From assembly GCF_001194135.2 (NCBI RefSeq), contig NC_068998.1:15612142-15676141 (forward strand): a DNA stretch of 64,000 nucleotides. Reading direction: 5' to 3'. This DNA is from Octopus bimaculoides (Eukaryota). The notes below the pieces were generated by a model that was not told the origin of the DNA, did no database searches, and was given only the letters and a program-made list of their open reading frames with translations. A program made the position numbers and the translations under genes. Positions 12,612 through 24,732 of the stretch are shown here, piece by piece (position 1 is the stretch's first letter; the number at the start of each line of letters is the position of its first letter).

Positions 12612-13019
12612 CAAACAAGATGAGGGCAAATATCTGTCAAATGTAAATAATGAAGAAAATGTTATAGTGATTAAATAAAAATAAGAATGAATGATTAATG
12701 TCAAGTTCAATAATAAGTTTATACATTAAAAACTACTTTTAATAATTCATATAAAAATGGGGAACTTCAGTGAGGTGAGTTGAAAATGTTGGATTAGTAG
12801 CTAGGTTAGTGGTTCACAGCTTGTCACTAATAGCAAAGTGTGTCCACAAACATATCCATCTCTTTATAGTCCAGCCAGTTGTAAATACATGAGACAGTTT
12901 ACTGATGAAAGCTGCAAGAACATCATAAAATAGGCATTGAATTTAAATATTTTCTCTTAGAAGTAAGTATTGTCAGGTTGATACACTACATGATGAGATC
13001 AATGGTCCACTAATCAGTC

Positions 13020-13210
13020 ATCATCATTTAATGTCAGTTTTCTATGCTGGGTTGGATGGTTTGGCCAGAGATGGCAAGACCAGGGGCTGCACCATGCTCC
13101 ATTGTTCAGGTATGATTTCTATGCCTGGATGCCCCTCCTAATGCCAACCGCTCCACAGAGTGTATTGGGTACTTTTTATGTGATACCAGTACCAGTGCTT
13201 TTAACATGGC
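13020..13210. mobile_element. Dispersed short repeat family C (CATCAT..TTTAAC..CCATGC..GGATGCCC..); orientation unresolved
   Basis: Related copies at ~410-640, 8420-8620, 11160-11400, 27240-27500 and inverted at 11500-11610 and 14260-14570. Confidence 0.7.
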
Positions 13211-13284
13211 AATAATTTGGCATCAGATTAATAACATGGTGTAAAAGAAAACAGAACAATATTTAGTAAGAAATAAAACATTAC

Positions 13285-13390
13285 CTTCTCTGCCGCCACT
13301 GAACTTTACGCGAATTCCTTTGTCTAAGTATTTAGACAAATCTAAGATAGTCTCCTTTCTTTTCCGTTCTTTGTTCTTGTCAGTAACAGA
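13285..13390 (-). CDS. LSM7: LSm7 exon 2
   Basis: SVTDKNKERKRKETILDLSKYLDKGIRVKFSGGRE. TTCCAACAG acceptor (phase 0), GTAATG donor (phase 1). Confidence 0.97.
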
Positions 13391-13481
13391 CTGTTGGAAT
13401 AGAATTGACAAACTGGTGAAATAAAAAGTTATCAAAGCCAGATATGTTAAGGATAAAAAAAAAAATTAAAAAAAAAAAAAG

Positions 13482-13822
13482 GCGTAGGAGTGGCTGTGTG
13501 GTAAGTAGCTTGCTTACCAACCACATGGTTTCGGGTTCAGTCCCACTGCGTGGCACCTTGGGCAAGTGTCTTCTACTATAGCCTTGGGCTGACCAAAGAC
13601 TTGTGAGTGGATTTGGTAGATGGAAACTGAAAGAAGCCCGTCGTATGTATGTATATATATACATATATGTATATATATGTGTGTGTGTGTGTTTGTACCC
13701 CCAACATCGCTTGACAACTGATGCTGGTGTGTTTACGTCCCCGTAACTTAGCGGTTCGGCAAAAGAGACCGATAGAATAAGTACTAAGCTTACAAAAGAA
13801 TAAGTCCTGGGGTCGATTTGCT
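13482..13822 (+). mobile_element. tRNA-derived CORE-like SINE family A with internal (TA/TG)n; best-preserved copy
   Basis: Head GGCGTAGGAGTGGCTGTGTGGTAAG..GGTTCAGTCCC, CORE-like GGCACCTTGGGCAAGTGTCTTC. About 20 copies on both strands, e.g. 4072, 8620-8900, 12060-12215, 15000, 17285, 22730, 23338, 24870, 25050, 28540-28815, 30525, 30700-31010, 42228, 52925, 60928, 62700-63265. Confidence 0.9.
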
Positions 13823-16034
13823 CTGTTGCTTTTATTTAACTAGTCTCTCTTCCCTAAGAATATATTTCACTGGAATTTCATTTGCAACCAATTTTTTTAT
13901 TTTTACATTTTGATCATTAACAATCATCAATTACTGAATTGCCCTTTAGTTTGACCCCAGTTCTTTCTTCTTTGCGACAACATTGAGATAAGTTAGAACC
14001 TGAACATCATAAATAAGACTTACTAAGAATCTGCCTGAGTTCTAAGTAAGACTTTTAAAAAATGCTGCTTTTCAATACTTTGCATTAGATGTCATCTTTT
14101 TTTCATTTCTTGTACCTCTTTCTGGCTGCGTAATCATGTACCTCCTCTATAGCAATACCCGTGTTTCTGTCTCCCTGTCACACTCTAACCTATTATCATC
14201 TGACACAAGGTTTCCTCCTCCAATGCCCCCTCCCCTCTCAAAATTCCTTGTCTGGCAATTTACTTGGGTGACCCTGCCAGTGTTGGTGCCATGTAAAAAG
14301 CATACAGTCTACACTGTAAAATGGTTGGCATTTGGAAGGGCAGCCAGCTGTAAAGATCATGCTAAAACTGACCTCGTCTATGCTGGTACCACATAAAAAG
14401 CACTCAATCCACTCTGCAGATAGGTTGCTGCTAGGAAAGGCATCCGGCCGTAAAAACCCTGCCAAAACAGACACAGTAGCTTGGAGTAGTCTTCTACCTG
14501 GCCAGCTCCTGTCAACCGTCCTACCCATGTATGCAGGGAAGACAGATGTTAAATGTCGATAATGACGATGTCTCTTCTGACATAAACTAAATATGCTTTT
14601 GAATGCACTTCATTGCAAATATAGGTGGTGGTGGTTGGAGGGGGGATGTAAAGAGAAAATATACAACACAGTATGTGTGAAACTACTATTGTTGAACATC
14701 GAACTGGATGTTTTATCAGTAACTAGATCTAAGCACTGTTCCAAGTTCAAGTCTCACCAGGCAAAATCCAGATATTACTGTTCGTCTTTTTTGGATAATT
14801 TTAACAACACTACTTTCTTACTTAAAGAAATTTGGTATTCTTTCAGCAATGGTATTTTAATTGGGTTTCAGATTCAATGAATTAGTTTTGAATTCTGTAC
14901 TGCAATTTAAGTTTCAGATTCACTACTTCTACCCCTGGTCTCTTTAGTGTCGTTATTTTGTTACTAATACTAACAATAGGGGCATTTCAGGTTCAATCCC
15001 ACAACACAGTACCTTGGGCAAGTATCTTCTAGCACAGTACTGAGCTTAATAATAAGTTGTGAGTTTGGTAAACAGAAACTGAATGAAGCCCATTATATAT
15101 ATGTGTGTGTGTGTGTGTGTTCCCTGCGCCAACTGACAACTGGTGTTGGTTTGTTTACAGTTCGACAAAAGAATTCGATAACAATAAGAAACATACTTAA
15201 AAAACAAAGAACTACTGATTTGTTTTGTCCTACTACACCCTTTAAGGTGGTGCCACAACATGAACATGGTCCAGGTATAATTTATAGAGCAATATGAGGT
15301 ATTCTAGACGATTCCTTCGCTACATATTGGCAAGAGTTTCTGGTGGAGTTTTGGAATGGCTGTCTCTCGGAGTACCATATTTCATGTGGAAGGAAAGAAT
15401 ATGGAAGTGAGGATTAAAAATCTAAAAATTTGAAAGACTATAAGATATGCGACTTTAAAGTACAAATATTCCAAAATTCTGCTGAGCTTCTTTGGTGACC
15501 ATTGCACAAATACGCTCTCTCTTTGGTTTCATTTTCTCGATAAGACATTATTACAGTCACGGGCAAATTGCGACCCGCGGGACTTGCTCAATGGCACACC
15601 TGAGCCGTGCCGTACTCTGAAACTTATGTTGTAAAACACGACTAATTAATTGTACCAATAGCAAATAATTAATGCACCAATACCGAAAGAAAATGAGAAA
15701 TTTTACATAGAGTCTTGTTTCAAAGTAACCAACAAAGCAGATTATGGAAAATGAGCTAGTTTTATGAAAACGAATAACCAACAAATCCATTAGAAATTAT
15801 AATTCTATCTCCTAAATTGAATCCCGTTTTAACAATGTACATTCATTATATTAAAACATTAAGCTTAGTGTGTGTATATATATATTATATACGTGACCAT
15901 TTTCAGAGAAAGAAAACACATTTCCATTTTGTATGTTAAACGACATGTGCGTGTTTGTAAGTTAAATTCTCTAAAAATAAAAGGGTATTACAATAGTGAA
16001 GACTAAATGGAAAGGATATTTAATTTATAATGAC

Positions 16035-16139
16035 CTGTTGTTGCTGCTGCTGCTGTTGTTGTTGTTGCTGTTGCTGTGGTTGTTGTTGAGGTTGCAATTC
16101 CGCAGGAGCGGCGCGTTTTTGTTGTTGTTGAAGCGACAT
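16035..16139 (-). CDS. LSM7: Candidate LSm7 first coding exon encoding a poly-Gln N-terminal extension
   Basis: CCAAAATGTCG start; MSLQQQQKRAAPAELQPQQQP(Q)14; 105 nt, phase 0 matching exon 2; mixed CAA/CAG codons; CpG-rich surroundings. Donor CAG|GTCATT is weak. Confidence 0.6.
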
Positions 16140-16468
16140 TTTGGATATGAAGGACCCTTCTACCAACGAACTAGCCGCTTATGATGCTCAGAAAAAAAAA
16201 AAGCTTGTTAACACGGACTGCTGTCAGTTATTTCATGAAGAATGGCAACAATTTTGTTAATTATATCTGCAATAACTAAATGAAATCAGATAATATTTTA
16301 TGAGAATAAATATCGCTTCATCAACAGTCACTGGAATTTAAAATGTTAACTAATATTAATAAGTAGTAAGGAGTTATCTCCCATTAATTATATTTTACAC
16401 TAATTTATTCATGAAATTTATTCAAACGGAGTTTCAGCGTTGGAATTGGAGACGGGTCTCTCTCTCTT

Positions 16469-16472
<4 letters not shown>

Positions 16473-16552
<80 letters not shown>
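16473..16552. repeat. (TA)n microsatellite
   Basis: About 40 perfect TA units. Confidence 0.95.
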
Positions 16553-16560
<8 letters not shown>

Positions 16561-17147
16561 AATAATAAGGTACTCAGATATCTGGATGGTTGTACATTTA
16601 CAGATTTTTATTAATATGTCACATGTTTTTATAAATTAGCGCTTGCATCTATTCTTGTAGATTCTCCATAATCTGGAGAATCCTGTACATCACCTCCAAA
16701 CCTTCTAATATATATATATACGTGTGTCATCTAAGAGATCATAAGTCAGGGAATAGATGCACTAGTATATCTGTCAGTAGAGTGGGTAGTATTAAATATT
16801 CATCATGGCTGATCAAACCAATCAGTTTCCCCGTATCTTTTACAGAAAGAAAACAGACCAACGAACACAGCTATATATAACTACACACCCGGAAAAAAAA
16901 TTATGCATATGACACCACTACACATATCACACACCCCACCCCACAGGAGCACTACGTCAATAGTACACACCTTCCCCACTTCAAGATAACACTTCCCGGT
17001 TGCACAGCATACCCAACCAAGGGACATAACTCCTAACCCAATCCCCTGGCCCTTTTCGTTTCATCACCTTTTTTCACAGCAGCCGCTGAACGGTCGTGTT
17101 AATTCACCCTCGACAATAGAGAGCAGGCGCCATATTCCCTTCCAAAT

Positions 17148-17241
17148 CCGCTAACTCTGATGAGCGTAAAGTTATATAATCAGATTGTTACCTACCACTC
17201 CATTGTATTCTTTACGTGAAACTAATTGGTAAGATCAGCCG
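17148..17241 (+). ncRNA. Type-I hammerhead ribozyme motif within a dispersed repeat
   Basis: CUGAUGA 17157-63; stem II GCGUAAAG/CUUUACGU; GAAA 17218-21; near-palindromic stem III ACUAAUUGGU; GUA site; stem I partly paired. A second copy at 36366-36426 is cut by a gap. Confidence 0.6.
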
Positions 17242-19579
17242 TGATGAATATTTACTGCTATACATTTCGGATAATATATACATATACGGCTGTGTGGTAA
17301 ATAGTTTGCTTACCAACCACATGGTTCCGGATTCAGTCCCATTGCGTGGTACCTTGGGCAAATGTCTTCTACTATTGTCTCGGGCCGACCAAAGCCTTGC
17401 AAGTGGATTTGGTAGACAGAAACTGAAAGAAGCCCGTCGTATGTGTGTGTATCTTTTTTATCTGTGTTTGTCCCCACCACCGATTAACAATCAATGTTGG
17501 TGTGTTTACGTCTCCGTAAGTAATCGGTTTGGCAAAAGCTACCGATACCATCTGAACAGTCTGTGGTCATCAGTGCTTCATTGTTTGCGTAGATGACATA
17601 TAGTACACCTAAAGTTTCGCTACATCTTAAAGCATTTGTCTACTCAATATTTATACAAACTGCACATCGTGTTTGCTAAAGATCAGAATATACTTCCCCA
17701 CACCACCACCAATCTCCAATTTTAATTGTAATTTCTTATGTGTCAACTCATTCCAAAGAAATATTTTGTTTTGAGTTGTCTCTTTTACCTTTGCTTTGTT
17801 TATTTAGACATTGTTCAACGATGTTTACCTCTCCACAAATATCGGTATCGCCTTATTTAATCAAAGTTATCGTATTTGCCCCATTAGGTTAGTTAGTATT
17901 TAATTCACAATGCCATTTCAAAAAATCGCTTAGTCAAGAGAGAAAGGCTGTACCCTTGACCTTTTACAACACTTCCATGACCAGTGGGTGGAAGGTGTTC
18001 TCAAATTGATAAATTGCCCAAATATTTGTAACTAAAGCACTCCGCCAAAAGCACCTTTAGTTGAATACGTTGTGGAGCCATATCATGTGACTCTACTCAG
18101 AAGGTTTTAATCTCATCTGACAGGAGACCCTGTATAAAGAATATATAAAACAAGGCTGTGACTTTAAATACCTTTGATGTGGTCACAAACATATATAAGC
18201 TGAATGACTATGGGGAAAGACTTGAACTCTTTGCTTTTGGGTTAGATGCTGATGCCTAATTAGGAACGTCACCGTTAGAATCTCTTTTGGTCTATTACAC
18301 GTTCTTAATGCGGCAGTGGAGGCACAAAGTTACTGCGTCCATAACTGAACGGAATAAGACACTGAAATATCTCAGTAAATTACATTTTTCAGGCGTGTAA
18401 CTTTTCAGTTATGCGGAGTTAGTCAAGGAAGTTTTTGATTTCGTCAGTGTTCCACTTCACTGAAGTATCATGATGCTAGGGAGTGTACTAGGCTGGTCCA
18501 ACGTTTCAGCCGCGCAGTCACCCACGATTATGCCATGCAAGTTTTGGGTCATCTCAATTTATTTTAGAAGGAAATGTTAATGTCTCATTGAACGATACAT
18601 AACTGACAGTGTCCATAACTTTTTATAGTTTTTTTTTATTAAAAAAATCCTTGTTTTCTTTACACGTTTTTTTTCTATATTCATACTTTTTACTTTTACA
18701 AATTGTATTAATTTTCACTGAATTGTTATTTTTGGGATTTTTATTGTAATAGTATTCTCAATACNNNNNNNNNNNNNNNNNNNNNNNNNNNNNNNNNNNN
18801 NNNNNNNNNNNNNNNNNNNNNNNNNNNNNNNNNNNNNNNNNNNNNNNNNNNNNNNNNNNNNNNNNNNNNNNNNNNNNNNNNNNNNNNNNNNNNNNNNNNN
18901 NNNNNNNNNNNNNNNNNNNNNNNNNNNNNNNNNNNNNNNNNNNNNNNNNNNNNNNNCAGTTAAACACTGGGATCGATTTAATCGACTCAGCAGCACCCTA
19001 AAACACGTTGACCATGTGCTAAAATTTGAAACCAATATTCGCAATACGGACAATTTGGAAACACTTCAATTCGCATTCCTTGACTCTTGGGAAAAGCATG
19101 AAAGTCAAGCAATCTCTTATTGCTTGCAACATAGATCTGAGTTCTTAAGTTTAAATAAAAAGATAAAATCCTTAATTAGGATTAGATATATACTTTTTAA
19201 AATCTAAAATCTAAAACTTAGTACTAGTCTAAAATTAAACACCCACCACAACCTTCGCATAAAGTTTATTCTGAATTATCTCCCTTAATAACAAGCGTCA
19301 ATCGATTTGTACGAAAATAATAACCGAATAACTATCTTAATCTTTTACTTGTTTTAGTAGAAATTAAATTTAAAGATAACAATTCAATTTTCCAATAGAG
19401 ATCATAAAAATTTATGACTCAACTAGTTTTGTAATTATTACAGGTTACTGGCGTTAATATTTACAGATATATATATTGTTTAAACCGATGAGATACTACG
19501 AAACTATCAAAAGTAATAAATCTGTCTGGACCATCCATTTCCTTACGAGACGAGATTGGCAAAATATTCGACCCCGGTT

Positions 19580-19607
19580 ATGCTGGCAGTAAGGACTTTA
19601 AGATCTG
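19580..19607 (+). CDS. ATP5PB: ATP synthase peripheral stalk subunit b, exon 1 (start of presequence)
   Basis: ATG CTG GCA GTA AGG ACT TTA AGA TCT G|GTGAGT. Phase fits exon 2; CpG-richer promoter-like context. Confidence 0.8.
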
Positions 19608-22003
19608 GTGAGTATGTGAACACAATGACTCGTACATGCATCTAACTTTAATTTATCAAATGGTTCTACTGTATAAGATTTGCGATATAAACCTGGTGAG
19701 AAAGACATCAGTTGTTCTTAAGTAACGTTATTGACCTTGACAGCTAATTTCTCTTTGCTCGTCCTCCCTCATGTGCACCAATATATATTATACTGTATAG
19801 TTATTTATACATCTCAATGTTATATCGTATTTAGTATTATATATATATATATTTATTCTACCAGCCATTATATCAGAATGTCCTTGTTTGCTTGCTTTTG
19901 TAACTAGTTTGATTTACTAAAAATTTTCACACAGACCGTTTTATTTTGTGATTTCTGATACCCTTCTACATGTCTCAAAATGAATAGAGCAATCACCTTC
20001 TATCATAACACTATAGTCTAGCAGTTATGTAAGACGGGTTTTTAAAAAAATGCCCTTAGATGCTGTCTTTCCTCTTTTGCACATTTAAAGTGCACTGAAA
20101 TATATAAACGCACCGTATGCATATCCACACACACACACACACACACACACGCACGCACATACATGACGTGTGTCATACATATGTAAAGCTGAAAGAATGC
20201 CTATGTTTATAATTAGTTATTTTATCAGAATACCCTTGTTGATATGGACCTCATAGTATGTTTTGTTGTAATCAAAAGTTACACGTATGGACTTTTTCAT
20301 TCTGTGATTTGTGTTCCTTTATCCTCTTCAATGTCAACCACAGTTCTCTTAATACGTTTGAACTCTACGTTCAGGACATTGTTATTCTGATAGTAAAAAT
20401 AATTTAATATGCAGGACGGGATTTTCATCCGTCAATTTTCATTGAAGCTGAGGTTTCATACCGATGTATATTTTTATAAAAATTGTTTATATTGATAGAT
20501 CAAAAAAAAAAAATTTAAAAAATTCCTGTGTGTAGAGTTATTTTGTATTTTTATTTCTGTGTCGGCTTTCTTTATGCTAGAATGAACTTTCTGTTCCATC
20601 CGCTCATCACCTTCGAAGTTACGTCCTACTTATTGCTAACGAATGTGTATGAGAGAGAGGATGAGGGTAAAGAAACTCCCCTCACCTCTACTGTTTTAAT
20701 CTACAGGTCACATTAGACAATTCATTTCAGAGTGTGCGTTTAATGATATGAAGGGTTATCGCATTAAATTCATGAAATATTACGGTTTGTGTCAGAAAGC
20801 AGCCCCAAAATTATATTTTGCACTTGTTAATTACATATTTACATACATACATGCATGCATACGTACATACATACATACGTACGCACGTACAATGATTGCT
20901 TGTAGGTCGGTTCAAATGATAATTTAATATGATATTCAATTGGATTTTTGCCTTTTAAAAATGAAAAATTATAAGTAGCAAATAGTCCAAATTAAATTAG
21001 AAAAAAAAAAATAGCGTGCAACACTGAAATGTAGCTTAAATTGGCAATTGTAGCTCAGTCTAGCAACGTTCATGATATTTATGCACCTCTTTATTTTATT
21101 GAACTATATCTTCCTACATATGCTTAAAACCTTTAATTTATCAACACCAGCAATGAGTTTATGTGATGGTCATGCCTTTATTATTTTCTCAAGGACATTA
21201 GGTGACGTGAAGTGAAACGGTTGGCAGCAAGAGTTTTTACTTTCTGTGACCCTTCACTTTTAATACACAAATGGAGGATCGCCAATGGTCGTAAGCGTTC
21301 CAGCCACGACCACTTTATCATTGTTACATCAAAGACAGGTCACATTATCCGAAGTGTACTATATATATATATGGTCGATAAGATTTTACACCGGTACATT
21401 GGAGGCTAAAACGTATTTAATGAATCCTGGACTGCTGATATAAGGCTAAATCGAACTCGGTGATTCAATTCACTATACTCATCTCTTAGAGTTGTTCCTC
21501 ATGCCAGGATGACCATTTTAGAATAGAGTCAGTGAGCTTGTTGTTTTATCCTGATTTAGCAGATCTTTGATCAAAGACATTCCAAATTTGACCTCCACCA
21601 TTTTGCCTATGTGCAGGTAACTCAGAATCACATTCAAAGTACCCTTTTCTCAAACAATTCTTTCTACTACAGGCACAAGCTTTGGCCCTTTTCTGAAGTA
21701 ATGAAAAGTGATTTCAATGGAGGTTTGTCTTCTAAGTTTAGCAAGTTAACTGACCATATAGAGGCTTTCACTGTGAGTGAATACTGACCTGTTTAGTCAC
21801 ATAGTCTTTTTTTTTTCTAATGTGTGTGTGTGTATATGTATAATAGCCAGACTAACCTGTATCTGTATATACAAATAGTACTTGTATCTTGTAGAGTCAG
21901 CAACTGTTTAGAAATGAAGTAGTTTCTAGCACTTGTTGGCAGGCAAGGCATTCAACAAACATTACAGTTGAGTTTCTATAAATGTTATTTCTATCTTTTG
22001 CAG

Positions 22004-22043
22004 GCCATTTTGGCTGTGTGTTGAAGCAGCTGAATGGAAAACA
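22004..22043 (+). CDS. ATP5PB: ATP synthase subunit b, exon 2 (40 nt)
   Basis: CTTTTGCAG|GC CAT TTT..GGA AAA CA|GTAAGT; bridges phase 1 to phase 2 (GHFGCVLKQLNGK). Confidence 0.8.
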
Positions 22044-22245
22044 GTAAGTAATGTTCAATACACAAACTCTTTATATAGTCTGTCACTTACATATTGACTT
22101 TTAGCTTATCAAGAATTTTAGTCTACTACTTTGTCTAAAGTAAGATATCTCACTCAATCTGGTTGATATAGGCACCTATTTCAATGTTAGGAACAATATT
22201 AGAATCGACAATTGTAGCATAATAGTAAGTCAGGTCTGAGATGTA

Positions 22246-22456
22246 CAGGGTGTCCACAAAGTCTGGGTACATGGAGTAAATATAATCATGACATAAACAA
22301 TTAAATATAAGAAATGATAATTTCTGAAAGTATGTGTTAGTCCCCATGTGGGTACATGGAGTAAATAAAATCGTAACATAAACAATTAGATATAAGAAAT
22401 AAATAATTTCTTAAAGTATGTTAATCCCCATGTATCCAGACTTTGTGGACACCCTG
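22246..22456. mobile_element. Tc1/mariner-type MITE with internal ~85-bp tandem duplication
   Basis: TIRs CAGGGTGTCCACAAAGTCTGG(G/A)TACATGG with TA flanking both ends. Confidence 0.9.
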
Positions 22457-23287
22457 TATAATGAAAAAGTTAATATATTATGTGATTACTAAATAAAATA
22501 AAAGTTAATATAATAATTTCGTTTTCTTAGGTAGTGAGCTGGCAGAATCATTAGCATGCCAGGCAAAATGTTTAGTGACATTTCGTCTGTCTTTCTGTCC
22601 TGAGTTCAAACTCAGCCAAGGTTGACTTTGACTTTCTTCCTTTTCAGGTTGATGAAGTAAGTTCCAGTTGCCCCTCCCCCAAAAATTGCTGGCCTTGTGC
22701 CAAAATTTGAAATCAATATAATACTCTTTTACTTGTTTCAGTCATTTGACTGTGGCCATGCTGGAGCACCACCTTTATAGTCGAACAAATCGACCCCAGA
22801 GCTTATTCTTTGTAAGCCTAGTACTTATTCTATCGGTGTCTTTTGCCGAACCACTAAGTTATGGGGACAAAAACATACCAGCATTGGTTATCAAGCAATG
22901 CTGGGGGGACAAACAGACACACACACACATACATACATATATGTTAAAGTCTGTCATACCGGCCATGATGAAATACCACAAGGTATAGAAAATACGTATT
23001 CGCCTTTATATATTTAATCCTTTATATTGAACACTCAATATTTCATCTATTCAATAAGACATATTCCATATATTCAATAAGACATTCAATACTTTATTTT
23101 ATTGTACCATCCATTTTTATATTATATATTGTATATTCCATATTCTATATCCCACATTAATTTTACAAGAATATAAATAAAACATAAAAAACAGACAGAG
23201 TTGGAACTCTTTTAAACAAAATAATATATTCCTCTATACACAATCATACAAAACCCCTTTTTTTGTATTTATTTTTACTCACATATG

Positions 23288-23325
<38 letters not shown>

Positions 23326-24529
23326 CACATATACGACGGGCTTCTTCCAGTTTCGGCCCAAGGCTGTAGTAGACACTTGCCCAAAGTGCCACGCAGTGGG
23401 ACTAAACCCGGGACCATGTGGCTGGTAAGCAAGTTACTTACCACACAGCCACTCCTGCACCTATAACTTTGCCATTCATCCTTTCGGGGTCGAGAAAATA
23501 AGTACCAGTTGAGCACTGGGAGTGATGTAATTGTTTTACCCCTCCCACCAAATTCCTGGACTTGTGCCAAAATTTTAAACAGTAATTATTATTATTGAGT
23601 GAGAGAGCAGTGCATGCCATGAAAGTGACACTGGAGTACAAATAATATGAAGCTTAGTTTACCCATCTTGACTTCCCGTCTGATAAGGATACACCAGGTA
23701 CATGCATCACAACCTTATGTGCGCGACATGGTGATCTCTTATCAAGATAAACTGCGCATGACCTTGCAGGTGGGGCCCAGTTAGAATTCTCTTCAGGTTG
23801 AGTAGCCCATCCTGTTCAAAAGGTCCCTGAATAAAGGTTGTTTATGAACGAAACACCCATGTTTCCATAAGTGAATTATCCAAACCCCAGAGAATTCCTC
23901 TCAACACATGGCTATGATGCTCCTCCACTACTTCTGCTCGTGATCAGAGATGCACATATCATCAGCCACCAAGGGGCATGCTCAACTGGTTAAGGTCAAA
24001 CAACTGACAAGCAAATCTGTGGTATTGAGCAGAATATTTGCTGTAGTCCATCTTTTATACCAAGACAAAACAATGAACATGATAACACTTCCAATCAATT
24101 AAGATCAGAAGCCATGAGAGCCACTGTATGGTACAGCTATTATTTTTAAGGCAGTGAACTAGCAGAATTGTTAGCACACTGGACAAAATTCTTAACATTT
24201 CATCCGACTTTACATTGAGTTCAAATCCTGCCAAGGTTGACTTTGCCTTTCATTTTTTCATGATTGATAAATTAAGTACCAGTCAAACACTAGGGTCAAT
24301 GTAAACAACTAACTCCCCCCCCCCTCCCAAATTTCTTCTTCTTCTTTTTCTTCTTAGGAGGAGGAGGAGGTCAGTTTTGCTATTTATCCTTTCAGATTCA
24401 ATTAAATAAGTAACAACTCATCCTGGGGATTAATGAAGTTGATTAGCACCCCCCCTCCCACAACATTTCAGGCCTTTTACCTCCAGTAGAAAGGAATTTT
24501 ACTTATTTATTCATTTAATTATTTTTCAG

Positions 24530-24732
24530 CATTTCAGTTCCCGCCAGACAGTCTTCATCTGTTGTTGAACAGGTGAAAAGCTGGGAGACAGCCAATGAAA
24601 GATATTTTGGCCCCGGGAGAGATCTCAAGAATTTTCCTCATCCAGCCATGTTGGACCAACCGAAGGCTGTCAAATTTGGCTTTGTTCCAGGTTCATGGTT
24701 TGATTTCCTTTATCCGAAAACTGGTTTCACAG
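24530..24732 (+). CDS. ATP5PB: ATP synthase subunit b, exon 3
   Basis: ISVPARQSSSVVEQVKSWETANERYFGPGRDLKNFPHPAMLDQPKAVKFGFVPGSWFDFLYPKTGFT; the WF.F.YPKTG.TG motif is typical of the family. Confidence 0.95.
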
